Shown piece by piece: positions 28,329 to 36,866 of a stretch of DNA of 64,000 nucleotides. Positions within the stretch are counted from its first letter, which is position 1, and each line of letters begins with the position of its first letter. The stretch lies in the NCBI GenBank assembly GCA_947487835.1, contig CANKXX010000004.1, positions 173,076 through 237,075 of the forward strand, in the 5' to 3' direction. Origin of the DNA: an uncultured Microbacteriaceae bacterium. GTDB lineage: Bacteria; Actinomycetota; Actinomycetes; Actinomycetales; Microbacteriaceae. Below the pieces are notes generated by a model that saw only the letters and a list, made by a program, of their open reading frames with translations, was not told the DNA's origin and did no database searches. Both the position numbers and the translations under genes were made by a program.

Positions 28329-29405
28329 ATGCACCGTCCCCTCCGCGTGACCTCCGTCGCCACCGTCCTCCTCGGCGCCCTCGCCCTGACCGCGTGCAGC
28401 TCGGGCGGTGAGGCCGCCGCCGGCTCGGGCGGCGAGTCCGCCGATGCCGGGGGCACGCTCGTCGTCTACACGAACTCGAACGGCGACGGACGCGGCGAGT
28501 GGATCACCGAGCAGGCCACCGAGGCGGGCTTCGACATCGAGATCGTCGGGCTCGGCGGTGCCGACCTCGCGAACCGCGTCGTCGCGGAGAAGAACAACCC
28601 GGTCGGCGACGTGGTCTTCGGTCTCAACAACATGTACTTCGAGACACTGAAGGCGGAGGAGGCCATCGCCCCGTACACGCCGGCGTGGTCGGGCGAGGTC
28701 GACGAGCAGGCCGGCGACGCCGAGGACGGCGCGTACTGGCCGCTGGTCGAGCAGGCGATCGTCACGGTGTACGACTCCGCGGACGACTCGATCGACGTGC
28801 CCGACGACGTCTCCAAGCTGTGGACGGACGACTCTTACGCGGGCCGCTACGAGGTGAACACCGCCCTCGGGCAGGCGACGCCCCAGCTCGTTCTCGCCGG
28901 ACTTCTCGCGGAGCACACGGACGAGGGCGAGGACCTCGGCGTCACCGAGGACGGCTGGGAGCAGGTGGAGGCCTACTTCGCGAACGGCACTCCCGCCGAG
29001 GAGGGCACAGACCTGTACGCGCGGTTCGCGCGCGACGAGATGGACTTCGGCACCATCCCGAGCAGCGGCATCACGAGCCGCGACGCTGAGTACGGAACCA
29101 CGACGGGCATCCTCGTGCCCGAGAACGGCGTGCCCTACGTCACCGAGCAGATCGCGGTGATCGAGGGCACCAAGCGCCAGGATCAGGCGCAGGAGTTCAT
29201 CGACTGGTTCGGCAGCGCCGACGTGCAGGGTGCCTTCGCCGCCGAGTTCTCGGCCTACCCGGTGAACGAGGCGGCCCGGGAGCAGGCGCTGCCCGAGGTC
29301 ATCGAGCGCATGGAGTCTCTGCCCAAGCAGGAGATCGACTGGACGCTCACCCGCGAGCACATCGGCGAGTGGGTCGAGAAGACCGAGCTCGAGTACCTCC
29401 CCTGA
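28329..29405 (+). CDS. ABC importer substrate-binding lipoprotein (solute-binding family 1, iron/polyamine/thiamine-like)
   Basis: Track ORF 28242..29405. ATG 28329 has GAAGGAA 8 nt upstream. Signal peptide plus lipobox LALTAC. TLVVYTNSNG start is typical of this family. Confidence 0.85.
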   Translation: MHRPLRVTSVATVLLGALALTACSSGGEAAAGSGGESADAGGTLVVYTNSNGDGRGEWITEQATEAGFDIEIVGLGGADLANRVVAEKNNPVGDVVFGLNNMYFETLKAEEAIAPYTPAWSGEVDEQAGDAEDGAYWPLVEQAIVTVYDSADDSIDVPDDVSKLWTDDSYAGRYEVNTALGQATPQLVLAGLLAEHTDEGEDLGVTEDGWEQVEAYFANGTPAEEGTDLYARFARDEMDFGTIPSSGITSRDAEYGTTTGILVPENGVPYVTEQIAVIEGTKRQDQAQEFIDWFGSADVQGAFAAEFSAYPVNEAAREQALPEVIERMESLPKQEIDWTLTREHIGEWVEKTELEYLP

Positions 29406-29407
29406 GC

Positions 29408-30421
29408 GTGATCACCTACGACAACATCGAGGTGCGCTTCGGTGACCACATCGCCATTCCCGACCTGAACCTCGAGGTGAGCCAGGGCGAGTTCTTCACC
29501 CTCCTCGGCCCGAGCGGATGCGGCAAGACCACCGCGCTCCGCACACTCGCCGGCTTCATCGACCCGAGCAGGGGCGAGATCCTCCTCGAGGGGAAGCCGG
29601 TCACCCGGCTGCCGAGCGAGAAGCGACGGGTGGGCATGGTCTTCCAGAACTACGCCCTCTTCCCGAGCATGAGCGTGGGCGAGAACATCGCGTTCGGCCT
29701 GCGGGTGCGCAAGACGAAGGGCGCCGAGGTCTCCCGCCTCGTGGCCGAGATCGCCGACCAGGTGGAGCTCACGCCGGAGCAACTGGAGAAGAACGTGTCC
29801 GAGCTGTCCGGCGGTCAGCAGCAGCGCGTCGCCATCGCCCGCGCCCTCGTGCTGAAGCCGCGCATCCTGCTGCTCGACGAGCCCCTGTCGAACCTGGATG
29901 CGAAGCTGCGGGTCCAGCTGCGCGAGCAGCTGAAGAACCTGCAGCGCGAGCTGGGGATCACGACGGTCTACGTGACGCACGACCAGGAGGAGGCGCTCAC
30001 CATGAGCGACCGGATCGCGGTCTTCAACAAGGGCGTCGTGGAGCAGGTGGGAACGCCGCAGGAGATCTACGAGCGCTCCGCCACCGAGTTCGTCTGCACC
30101 TTCATCGGGGCGATGAACCGCCTGTCCCCCGAGCTGCTCGACGAGCTCCTGCGTGGGGGCGCGAGCTCCCTCGGTGCGGGCCGGCCCTCCTACGTGCGCC
30201 CGGAGCGGATCGGGCTGCGGCCGCCGCAGTTCGCCCCAGGAGCGGTCCGGGTCGAGGGCATCGTGTGCGAGCGCGCCTTCCACGGCGTGTACAGCACGTA
30301 CACGATCGACACCCACGGCAGCCGCATCCGGGCGCTCGTCACCGAGAGCGGGGTGCCCGCGCTCGCCGAGGGCTCCCGCGCCGAGGTGTACGTCGACCCC
30401 GCGTCGGTCCTGCAGTACTAG
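29408..30421 (+). CDS. ABC transporter ATP-binding protein (PotA/FbpC-like)
   Basis: Track ORF 29369..30421. GTG 29408 lies 2 nt after the SBP stop. LLGPSGCGKTT, LSGGQQQRVAIARAL, LLLDEPLSNLD. Confidence 0.9.
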   Translation: MITYDNIEVRFGDHIAIPDLNLEVSQGEFFTLLGPSGCGKTTALRTLAGFIDPSRGEILLEGKPVTRLPSEKRRVGMVFQNYALFPSMSVGENIAFGLRVRKTKGAEVSRLVAEIADQVELTPEQLEKNVSELSGGQQQRVAIARALVLKPRILLLDEPLSNLDAKLRVQLREQLKNLQRELGITTVYVTHDQEEALTMSDRIAVFNKGVVEQVGTPQEIYERSATEFVCTFIGAMNRLSPELLDELLRGGASSLGAGRPSYVRPERIGLRPPQFAPGAVRVEGIVCERAFHGVYSTYTIDTHGSRIRALVTESGVPALAEGSRAEVYVDPASVLQY

Positions 30422-30428
30422 GCGCCCG

Positions 30429-32237
30429 GTGTCGAACTCCTCGCTGCGGAGCATGGTCCGCTCGCCCCTCGTCGTCGTCGTGACGCTCGTCCTGCTCTGG
30501 TTCGTGGCCACCTTCCTCGTGTTCCCGAACGTGAACCTGCTCGTTGGGACCTTCTTCCCCGACGGGCGATTCAGCGGCGGCGCCGTGGAGAAGCTGCTGA
30601 GCTCCGAGCGCGCAATGAACAGCCTCTGGCACAGCTTCCTGCTCGCCGCGACGCTCGCCGTGACGGTGAACGTTGTCGGCATCTTCATCGTGCTCGTCAC
30701 GGAGTACTTCGCCATCCGCGGGGCCCGGCTGCTCTGGCTGGGCTACGCCACCACGCTCATCTACGGCGGCATCGTGCTCGCCGCCGGCTACAACTTCATC
30801 TACGGTCGGTACGGCTTCATCACGAACGCCGTGCGGAACGTGTTCCCCGACGTCGACCCGAACTGGTTCTCCGGCTACTTCGCAGTCGTCGTGGTGATGA
30901 CCTTCGCCACGACCACGAACCACATGCTGTTCCTCGGCTCGTCGCTCGCCAAGATCGACTACCAGACCATCGAGGCCGCCCGCAGCATGGGCGCGTCGAC
31001 GGTGCGGATCCTGTGGCGCATCGTGCTGCCGGCGCTGCGCCCGATGATCTTCGCCGTCACCGTGCTGACCTTCCTCACCGGCCTCGGCGCCCTCACGGCG
31101 CCGCTCGTGCTCGGCGGACAGGACTTCCAGACGATCGCGCCCATCATCCTTACGTTCTCCCGGAGCACCGGGTCCCGGGACCTCGCCGCGCTGCTCGCCA
31201 TCCTGCTCGGCGTCGCGACGATCATCCTGCTGGCGCTCATGAACCGGGTGGAGAAGTCGGGCGTCTACTTCTCGGTGGCGAAGGTGGCGACCCCGCTCAA
31301 GAAGCAGCCCATCCGCAACCCGCTGGCGAACGCGCTCGTGCACGTCGCGGCGTATGCGCTGTTCGTCGTCTACGCGGCGCCGGTGCTGCTCATCGTGCTC
31401 TTTTCGTTCCTCGAGTCGACCGCGATCCTGACCGGCACGATCACCTGGGACGCGTTCACCCTGGACAACTACGCGACGGTGTTCGGCTCCACGGCCGTGC
31501 TGCGCCCCTTCGTCGTCAGCGTCGTCTACAGCGCGCTCGCCTCGCTCATCGCCGTCGTCGGCCTGCTCTTCGTCGCCCGGATCCTGCAGAAGCACCGCAA
31601 CCCGCTCTCGACGCTGATCGAGTACCTGCTGCACATCCCGTGGATCCTGCCGACCATCCTGATCGCGCTCGCGCTGCTGCAGACCTTCGACCGGCCGAAC
31701 GCGCTGGTCGGCGGGAACGTGCTCACCGGGACCACCGTGCTGCTGCTCGTCGCCTACGTCGTCGTGAAGATCCCGTTCACGCTGCGCCTGCTCAAGGCGT
31801 CGTTCGCCTCGGTTCCGGAGTCGCTCGAGGACGCGGCCCGGATCCTGGGAGCGCCGGCGCTGTACACGCTGCGCACGGTGCTCTTCCCGCTCGTCGTGCC
31901 GACGGCCGCCGCCATCACGGCGCTGAACTTCAACAGCCTGCTCGACGACTACGACGCCGCGGTCTTCCTCTACCACCCGCTGTACCAGCCGCTCGGCATC
32001 GCCATCAAGGCGAGCACCGAGGGCGAGAACAACCTCGACTCCATGTCGATCACGTTCGTCTACACCGTGCTGCTCATGATCATCATGGGGCTCACGATGT
32101 ACCTGGTCTACGGGCGGTCACGGGTGTCCCCGAGCCGGCGCCGGCGCCGCCGGTCGGGCGTTTCGGTGCCGGACCGCACCGCCGAGGTGCTCGTCGCGGC
32201 GGACCCGCAGCGACCCCCGGTCCGCTCCTCGACGTAG
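30429..32237 (+). CDS. Fused two-domain ABC permease (FbpB/ThiP-like, ~12 TM)
   Basis: Track ORF 30153..32237. GTG 30429 is the chosen start. Two EAA-type loops (IEAARSMGASTVRILWRIVLP and LEDAARILGAPALYTLRTVLFP). Confidence 0.85.
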   Translation: MSNSSLRSMVRSPLVVVVTLVLLWFVATFLVFPNVNLLVGTFFPDGRFSGGAVEKLLSSERAMNSLWHSFLLAATLAVTVNVVGIFIVLVTEYFAIRGARLLWLGYATTLIYGGIVLAAGYNFIYGRYGFITNAVRNVFPDVDPNWFSGYFAVVVVMTFATTTNHMLFLGSSLAKIDYQTIEAARSMGASTVRILWRIVLPALRPMIFAVTVLTFLTGLGALTAPLVLGGQDFQTIAPIILTFSRSTGSRDLAALLAILLGVATIILLALMNRVEKSGVYFSVAKVATPLKKQPIRNPLANALVHVAAYALFVVYAAPVLLIVLFSFLESTAILTGTITWDAFTLDNYATVFGSTAVLRPFVVSVVYSALASLIAVVGLLFVARILQKHRNPLSTLIEYLLHIPWILPTILIALALLQTFDRPNALVGGNVLTGTTVLLLVAYVVVKIPFTLRLLKASFASVPESLEDAARILGAPALYTLRTVLFPLVVPTAAAITALNFNSLLDDYDAAVFLYHPLYQPLGIAIKASTEGENNLDSMSITFVYTVLLMIIMGLTMYLVYGRSRVSPSRRRRRRSGVSVPDRTAEVLVAADPQRPPVRSST

Positions 32238-32258
32238 CCGGTCGCGTTCTGCGGACTA

Positions 32259-32292
32259 CGAAGGGGCGGCCGGTTTCCCGGCCACCCCTTCG
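32259..32292. terminator. 15-bp stem hairpin between the convergent permease and gltA ends
   Basis: CGAAGGGGCGGCCGG tttc CCGGCCACCCCTTCG (one mismatch). Confidence 0.5.
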
Positions 32293-32348
32293 TCGTGGTC
32301 GTACTCGTGCGCATGCGGCGGAGCCCGCCGGACGTGCCCGTCGCGGTG

Positions 32349-33659
32349 CTAGCGCTGCGGGAAGTCCCGCGCGGCCTCGCCGATGTAGAGCTGCTGCGGG
32401 CGGCCGATCTTCGTCGCCGGGTCCTCGTTCATCTCCCGCCAGTGCGCGATCCAGCCGGGCAGCCGGCCGATGGCAAACAGCGCGGTGAACATGCGGGTCG
32501 GGAAGCCCATGGCCTTGTAGATGACGCCCGTGTAGAAGTCGACGTTCGGGTACAGCTGGCGCTGGATGAAGTAGTCGTCCGCGAGCGCGACGGCCTCGAG
32601 CTCCTTCGCGATGTCGAGCAGCGGGTCCGAGATGCCGAGCGCCTCGAGCACCTCGTCGGCGCTCTCCTTCACGAGCTTGGCGCGCGGGTCGAAGTTCTTG
32701 TACACCCGGTGGCCGAAGCCCATGAGGCGTACGCCGTCCTCCTTGTTCTTCACCCGGTCCACGAAGGTGCCGACCGACTCGCCGGAGTCGCGGATCCGCG
32801 CCAGCATGGCGAGCACGGCCTCGTTCGCGCCGCCGTGCTTGGGGCCGAAGAGGGCGTCGATGCCCGCGGAGACCGACGCGAACATGTTCGCGCCGGTGGA
32901 ACCGACCAGCCGCACGGCCGAGGTCGAGGCGTTCTGCTCGTGGTCCTCGTGCAGGATGAGCAGCCGCTCCAGCGCCTTCGACACCACGGGGTTGACCACG
33001 TAGGGCTCGGCGTTGTTGCCGAAGCTCAGGCGCAGGAAGTTGTCGACGAAGCTCAGCGAGTTGTCCGGGTAGAGGAACGCCTGCCCGACGCTCTTCTTGT
33101 AGGAGTAGGCGGCGATGACGGGCAGCTTCGCGATCAGGCGCAGCGTCGACACCTCGACCTGGTGCCGATCCTGCGGGTTCAGCGAGTCCTCGTAGTAGGT
33201 GGAGAGCGCGGAGACGCAGCTCGACAGCACCGACATGGGGTGGGCGTTCGTGGGCAGCGCGCGGAAGAGGCCCTTGAAGTCCTCGTGCAGCAGGGTGTGG
33301 CGGCGGATGTCGCTGTCGAACCGCTCGAGCTCGCTCGCCGTCGGCAGCTCGCCGTGGATGAGCAGCCAGGCCGTCTCGAGATAGGTGGACTGCGTCGCGA
33401 CCTGCTCGATGGGGTATCCGCGGTAACGCAGGATGCCGGCGTCGCCGTCGATGTAGGTGATGGCGGAGCGGGTGGAGGCCGTGTTGACGAACCCGTTGTC
33501 CAGCGTGGTGAGCCCGGTCTGCTTGGTGAGGCTCGAGATGTCGATCGCCGACGCGCCCTGGGAGGCCGCGAAGATCGGGAACTCGGCCGTACCGCCGGGG
33601 AACGTCAGCGTGGCCTTGTCGCCCTCGCCTGCCGACTGTGTCCGCGCGACATCTACCAC
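32349..33659 (-). CDS. gltA: Citrate synthase (type II)
   Basis: Track ORF, 436 aa: LHEDHEQNASTSAVRLVGSTGAN, GPKHGGANE, GFGHRVYKNFDPRA. GTG start with AAGGAG 6 nt upstream. Confidence 0.95.
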   Translation of the reverse strand: MVDVARTQSAGEGDKATLTFPGGTAEFPIFAASQGASAIDISSLTKQTGLTTLDNGFVNTASTRSAITYIDGDAGILRYRGYPIEQVATQSTYLETAWLLIHGELPTASELERFDSDIRRHTLLHEDFKGLFRALPTNAHPMSVLSSCVSALSTYYEDSLNPQDRHQVEVSTLRLIAKLPVIAAYSYKKSVGQAFLYPDNSLSFVDNFLRLSFGNNAEPYVVNPVVSKALERLLILHEDHEQNASTSAVRLVGSTGANMFASVSAGIDALFGPKHGGANEAVLAMLARIRDSGESVGTFVDRVKNKEDGVRLMGFGHRVYKNFDPRAKLVKESADEVLEALGISDPLLDIAKELEAVALADDYFIQRQLYPNVDFYTGVIYKAMGFPTRMFTALFAIGRLPGWIAHWREMNEDPATKIGRPQQLYIGEAARDFPQR

Positions 33660-33858
33660 GGCGTCTCCTTCATGATGGGTGGGGAAAAAGCGTTGTGCCC
33701 CAAAGCGGTGCGGCCTCGGGGCAGACGACTACAGCCTAATCGGAGCCGCGCACCACTGGTGCATCCGCCAACGCTGGGGGGAATCGGTTGGAGGAGTCGT
33801 CCTGCCGCGCGCACCGGTCGCACCGCTCCCCCGCGTCCGCCCGGGCGTGCGCCTCGCG

Positions 33859-34977
33859 CTAGGAGCGGTCCGGCGCCCCGTCGGTCGCGAGCAGCCGATC
33901 GGCGGCCGCGGCGATGCGCTCGTCCGTCGCGGTGAGCGAGAGCCGCACGTGCTCGGGCGAGGCGTTGCCGTAGAACGGCCCGGGCCCGGCGAGGATGCCG
34001 AGGTCGGCCAGCTCGCCCATGGTCTGCCAGGCGTCGACGCCCGCTGTCGCCCACAGGTAGAGGCCGCCCTCGCTGCCGTCGACCCGCAGGCCGTGCGCCT
34101 GCAGCGCGGGCAGCAGGCGCTCGCGCCGCAGCCGGTAGCGCTCGCGCTGCTGGGCGACGTGCTCGTCATCGCCGAATGCCACCGCCATGGCGTGCTGCAG
34201 CGGCGCCGGGACCATGAGGCCCGCATGCTTGCGCACCCGCACGACCCGGTCGATGAGGTCGCCGTCGCCCGCGATGATGCCGGCCCGGTACCCGGCGAGG
34301 TTCGACTGCTTGCTGAGCGAGTAGAGGGCGAGCACGGCGGTGTGGTCGTCGCCCACGACACGCGGGTCGAGCACGCTGGGGGTCGCCTCGTCGGACCACG
34401 GGCCCCAGCCGAGCTCGGCGTAGCACTCGTCGCTCGCGACGACGGCGCCGAGCTCACGGGCGCGCTCGACCGCGGCGCGCAGGTCGTCCACGCCGAGCAC
34501 GCGGCCGTCGGGATTCGCCGGGCTGTTCAGCCAGACGAGCTTCGTCTCCGCCGGCCACTCGGCCGGGTCGTCGCTCGCGACGGCGCGGGCGCCGGCGAAC
34601 GTGGCGCCGATCGCGTAGGTCGGGTAGGCGACGGCCGGCTGGACGACGACGTCGCCCTCGCCGAGACCGAGCATGAACGGCAGCCAGGCCACCATCTCCT
34701 TGGACCCGATCGTGGGCAGCACGGCGTCCTCGCCGATGGTCACGCCGCGCCTGCGCCGGAACCAGTCGACGATCGCGCCGCGCAGCTCGGGCGTGCCTAC
34801 CGTCGTCGGGTAGGCGTGCGCGTCCGTCGCCTCCGCCAGGGCGGCCCGGATGAGCTCGGGCGTCGGGTCGACGGGCGACCCGATGGACAGGTCGACGATG
34901 CCGTCCGGATGCCTGCCTGCACGTTCGGCGTACGGGGCGACCCGATCCCAGGGGTAGTCGGGGAGTTCGCCGAGCAC
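33859..34977 (-). CDS. dapC: Succinyldiaminopimelate aminotransferase (class I PLP aminotransferase)
   Basis: Track ORF, 372 aa: NSPANPDG, YSLSKQSNLAGYR (PLP lysine). It is adjacent to fdxA, as Rv1178/Rv1177 are (recalled). Confidence 0.85.
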   Translation of the reverse strand: MLGELPDYPWDRVAPYAERAGRHPDGIVDLSIGSPVDPTPELIRAALAEATDAHAYPTTVGTPELRGAIVDWFRRRRGVTIGEDAVLPTIGSKEMVAWLPFMLGLGEGDVVVQPAVAYPTYAIGATFAGARAVASDDPAEWPAETKLVWLNSPANPDGRVLGVDDLRAAVERARELGAVVASDECYAELGWGPWSDEATPSVLDPRVVGDDHTAVLALYSLSKQSNLAGYRAGIIAGDGDLIDRVVRVRKHAGLMVPAPLQHAMAVAFGDDEHVAQQRERYRLRRERLLPALQAHGLRVDGSEGGLYLWATAGVDAWQTMGELADLGILAGPGPFYGNASPEHVRLSLTATDERIAAAADRLLATDGAPDRS

Positions 34978-34980
34978 CGG

Positions 34981-35298
34981 CTAGGCCTGCGGCGGCAGCG
35001 CCGCGATGAGCGCGTGGTCCTTGTGGATCACGCCCACCTTCGCCGCTCCGCCGGGAGAGCCGATGTCGTCGAAGAACTCGACGTTGGCCTTGTAGTAGTC
35101 GGCCCACTTGTCGGGCAGATCGTCCTCGTAGTAGATGGCCTCGACCGGGCAGACCGGCTCGCAGGCGCCGCAGTCGACGCACTCGTCGGGCTGGATGTAG
35201 AGCGAGCGCTCACCCTCGTAGATGCAGTCGACGGGACACTCGTCGATGCAGGCGCGGTCCTTGACGTCCACACAGGGCAGGGCGATGACATAGGTCAA
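34981..35298 (-). CDS. fdxA: 7Fe ferredoxin (3Fe-4S plus 4Fe-4S)
   Basis: Track ORF, 105 aa: MTYVIALPCVDVKDRACIDECPVDCIYEG...CVDCGACEPVCPVEAI. Confidence 0.95.
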   Translation of the reverse strand: MTYVIALPCVDVKDRACIDECPVDCIYEGERSLYIQPDECVDCGACEPVCPVEAIYYEDDLPDKWADYYKANVEFFDDIGSPGGAAKVGVIHKDHALIAALPPQA

Positions 35299-35338
35299 TT
35301 CGGTCGCGTTCCCTTCGAAGTTTCTTGCTCTGCCAAGT

Positions 35339-36556
35339 CTATCCGCGGCGATCGGGCAGGCGTGGCCACGCGAGCACCAGCACCGCGATCACCGCGGGCG
35401 CGAAGGTCCAGGCGATGCTGAGCGGGCTGTCCGGGAACAGCACGGACCCGCCCGGGCCCGGCAGCGACAGCACGACGATCGCGGCGAGCAGCCCCACGGC
35501 CGCCGCAATGGCGTGCGTGCGACTGGGCAGTGCGATGCGCAGGCCGAGCAGGAGCGCGGTCACGGCGGCCAGGCCGATCCCGAGGCCGAGCGGCACGGGG
35601 ATGCCGAGCAGGCTCGGCGAGAACCGGTGCGCGGCGGTGCCGAGCAGGCCGAGGATGCCGCCGGCGAGCGCGGCGAACGCGTAGCCGAGCACCCGCTGCC
35701 GCAGCGGCTCCGGCTCGGACGGCCGCTCAGGGACCCGCAGCGGGCGGTAGCACTCGACGTCGGCGATGACGCGGCCCACCCCGTTCGACAGCCCGAACTG
35801 CCCGTCCGTGACCACCACCTGGGTCCGATGCGCCCGCAGGGCGGCGATCTTTCGGGGCAGCTGGGCCGACACGTCGATGCGGAGGGGTACGAGGGGGTCG
35901 TCGAGCGCGACCGCATCGTGGTGGCGCGGCGCCTCGAAGTAGCCGGCATCGCGCACGGCCCGGTAGCTGGAGTCGGCGATCGACATCGGCGTCTCCACCG
36001 CGAAGGCGGGCAGGCCGGCGTCCCGGGCCGCGAGCACCGCTGCCCGCTGGATGGCGATGTGATCGGGGTGCCCGTAGCCGCCGAAGTCGTTGTAGGTCAC
36101 CACGGCCGTGGCATCCGTGTCGCGGAGCACGGCCAGCACGTCCCGGGCCACCTCGCGGCGGTCCGCGGCCGTGAGGGCGTCCGGCGCGAGCGGCTCGATC
36201 GGCGCGGGATGACCGTCGCTCCCCCAGCGCATGCCGGAGTCGGTGTAGCGCCGCTCCTCGAGGCCGGCCGCACGGGCTCCGGCGGATCCGAGGTAGCGGT
36301 GGTCGCGCACACCGAGAGCCCGCATGGCCTCGGCCAGCTCGCCCTCCCGGAACCCGGCGAGGGCGGCGTGGTCGTCCTGAAGGTGGGCGAGGTCGTCCGG
36401 GATGACCTCGCCGCGCTCACCGCGCGTGGCCGTGAGCACCGTGACCCCGACGCCGTCAGCGGTCAGCTGGGCGATCGTGCCCCCGGTCTCGATGGTCTCG
36501 TCGTCGGGGTGGGCGTGCACGAACACGATGTGCTCCGTGCGCCCTCGTGATTCCAT
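35339..36556 (-). CDS. mshB: PIG-L family deacetylase (MshB-like) fused to a C-terminal ~120-aa polytopic membrane domain
   Basis: Track ORF 35339..36637; start moved to ATG 36556 (MESRGRTEHIVFVHAHPDDETIETGG). HPDH motif (GGYGHPDHIAI). After about residue 285 the sequence becomes 3-4 TM segments (VLGYAFAALAGGILGLLG...IAWTFAPAVIAVLVLAW). Confidence 0.8.
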   Translation of the reverse strand: MESRGRTEHIVFVHAHPDDETIETGGTIAQLTADGVGVTVLTATRGERGEVIPDDLAHLQDDHAALAGFREGELAEAMRALGVRDHRYLGSAGARAAGLEERRYTDSGMRWGSDGHPAPIEPLAPDALTAADRREVARDVLAVLRDTDATAVVTYNDFGGYGHPDHIAIQRAAVLAARDAGLPAFAVETPMSIADSSYRAVRDAGYFEAPRHHDAVALDDPLVPLRIDVSAQLPRKIAALRAHRTQVVVTDGQFGLSNGVGRVIADVECYRPLRVPERPSEPEPLRQRVLGYAFAALAGGILGLLGTAAHRFSPSLLGIPVPLGLGIGLAAVTALLLGLRIALPSRTHAIAAAVGLLAAIVVLSLPGPGGSVLFPDSPLSIAWTFAPAVIAVLVLAWPRLPDRRG

Positions 36557-36589
36557 CCGGACGAGCCTATACGGGCACCGCGGGGCCGA

Positions 36590-36745
36590 ACCTGGACGGC
36601 AGCACGGCGGGTGAAGAGGGCGGCCGGAAGGGCACACGGACCGGAAGCGGGCGGGACCAGGGCGGAAACAGGGCGGAAAGCGGACTGGACCAGGACGGAG
36701 AGCGGACTGGACCAGGGTCGGAAGCGGGCGGAACCGATCCGCGAG
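36590..36745 (+). repeat. Purine-rich (about three-quarters G+A, almost no T) degenerate direct-repeat tract with a G3N1G3N4G3N8G3 run
   Basis: AGCGGACTGGACCAGG at 36679-94 and 36701-16 (22-nt period). GGAAGCGGGCGG at 36643-54 and 36720-31. AGGGCGGAAA occurs twice. GGG runs at 36649, 36653, 36660 and 36671. I counted 5 T in 36601-36740. Confidence 0.7.
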
Positions 36746-36806
36746 CGGGCGGGCGCGCGCCGCGCTGGACAGCCGCCCGCGCCGACCACTACAGTCGGCT
36801 CCGACG

Positions 36807-36825
36807 TAAGGTAAGCCTTACCAAC
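36807..36825. promoter_or_regulatory. IdeR/DtxR-type iron box candidate upstream of efeU
   Basis: TAAGGTAAGCCTTACCAAC matches the degenerate consensus TWAGGTWAGSCTWACCTWA (as I recall it) at 17 of 19 positions. Core palindrome GGTAAG-C-CTTACC. It ends 41 nt upstream of the efeU GTG. Confidence 0.55.
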
Positions 36826-36866
36826 CTTCCAGCCATCCCCCCTGTCGATCGAGAGCGGAGCGACGC

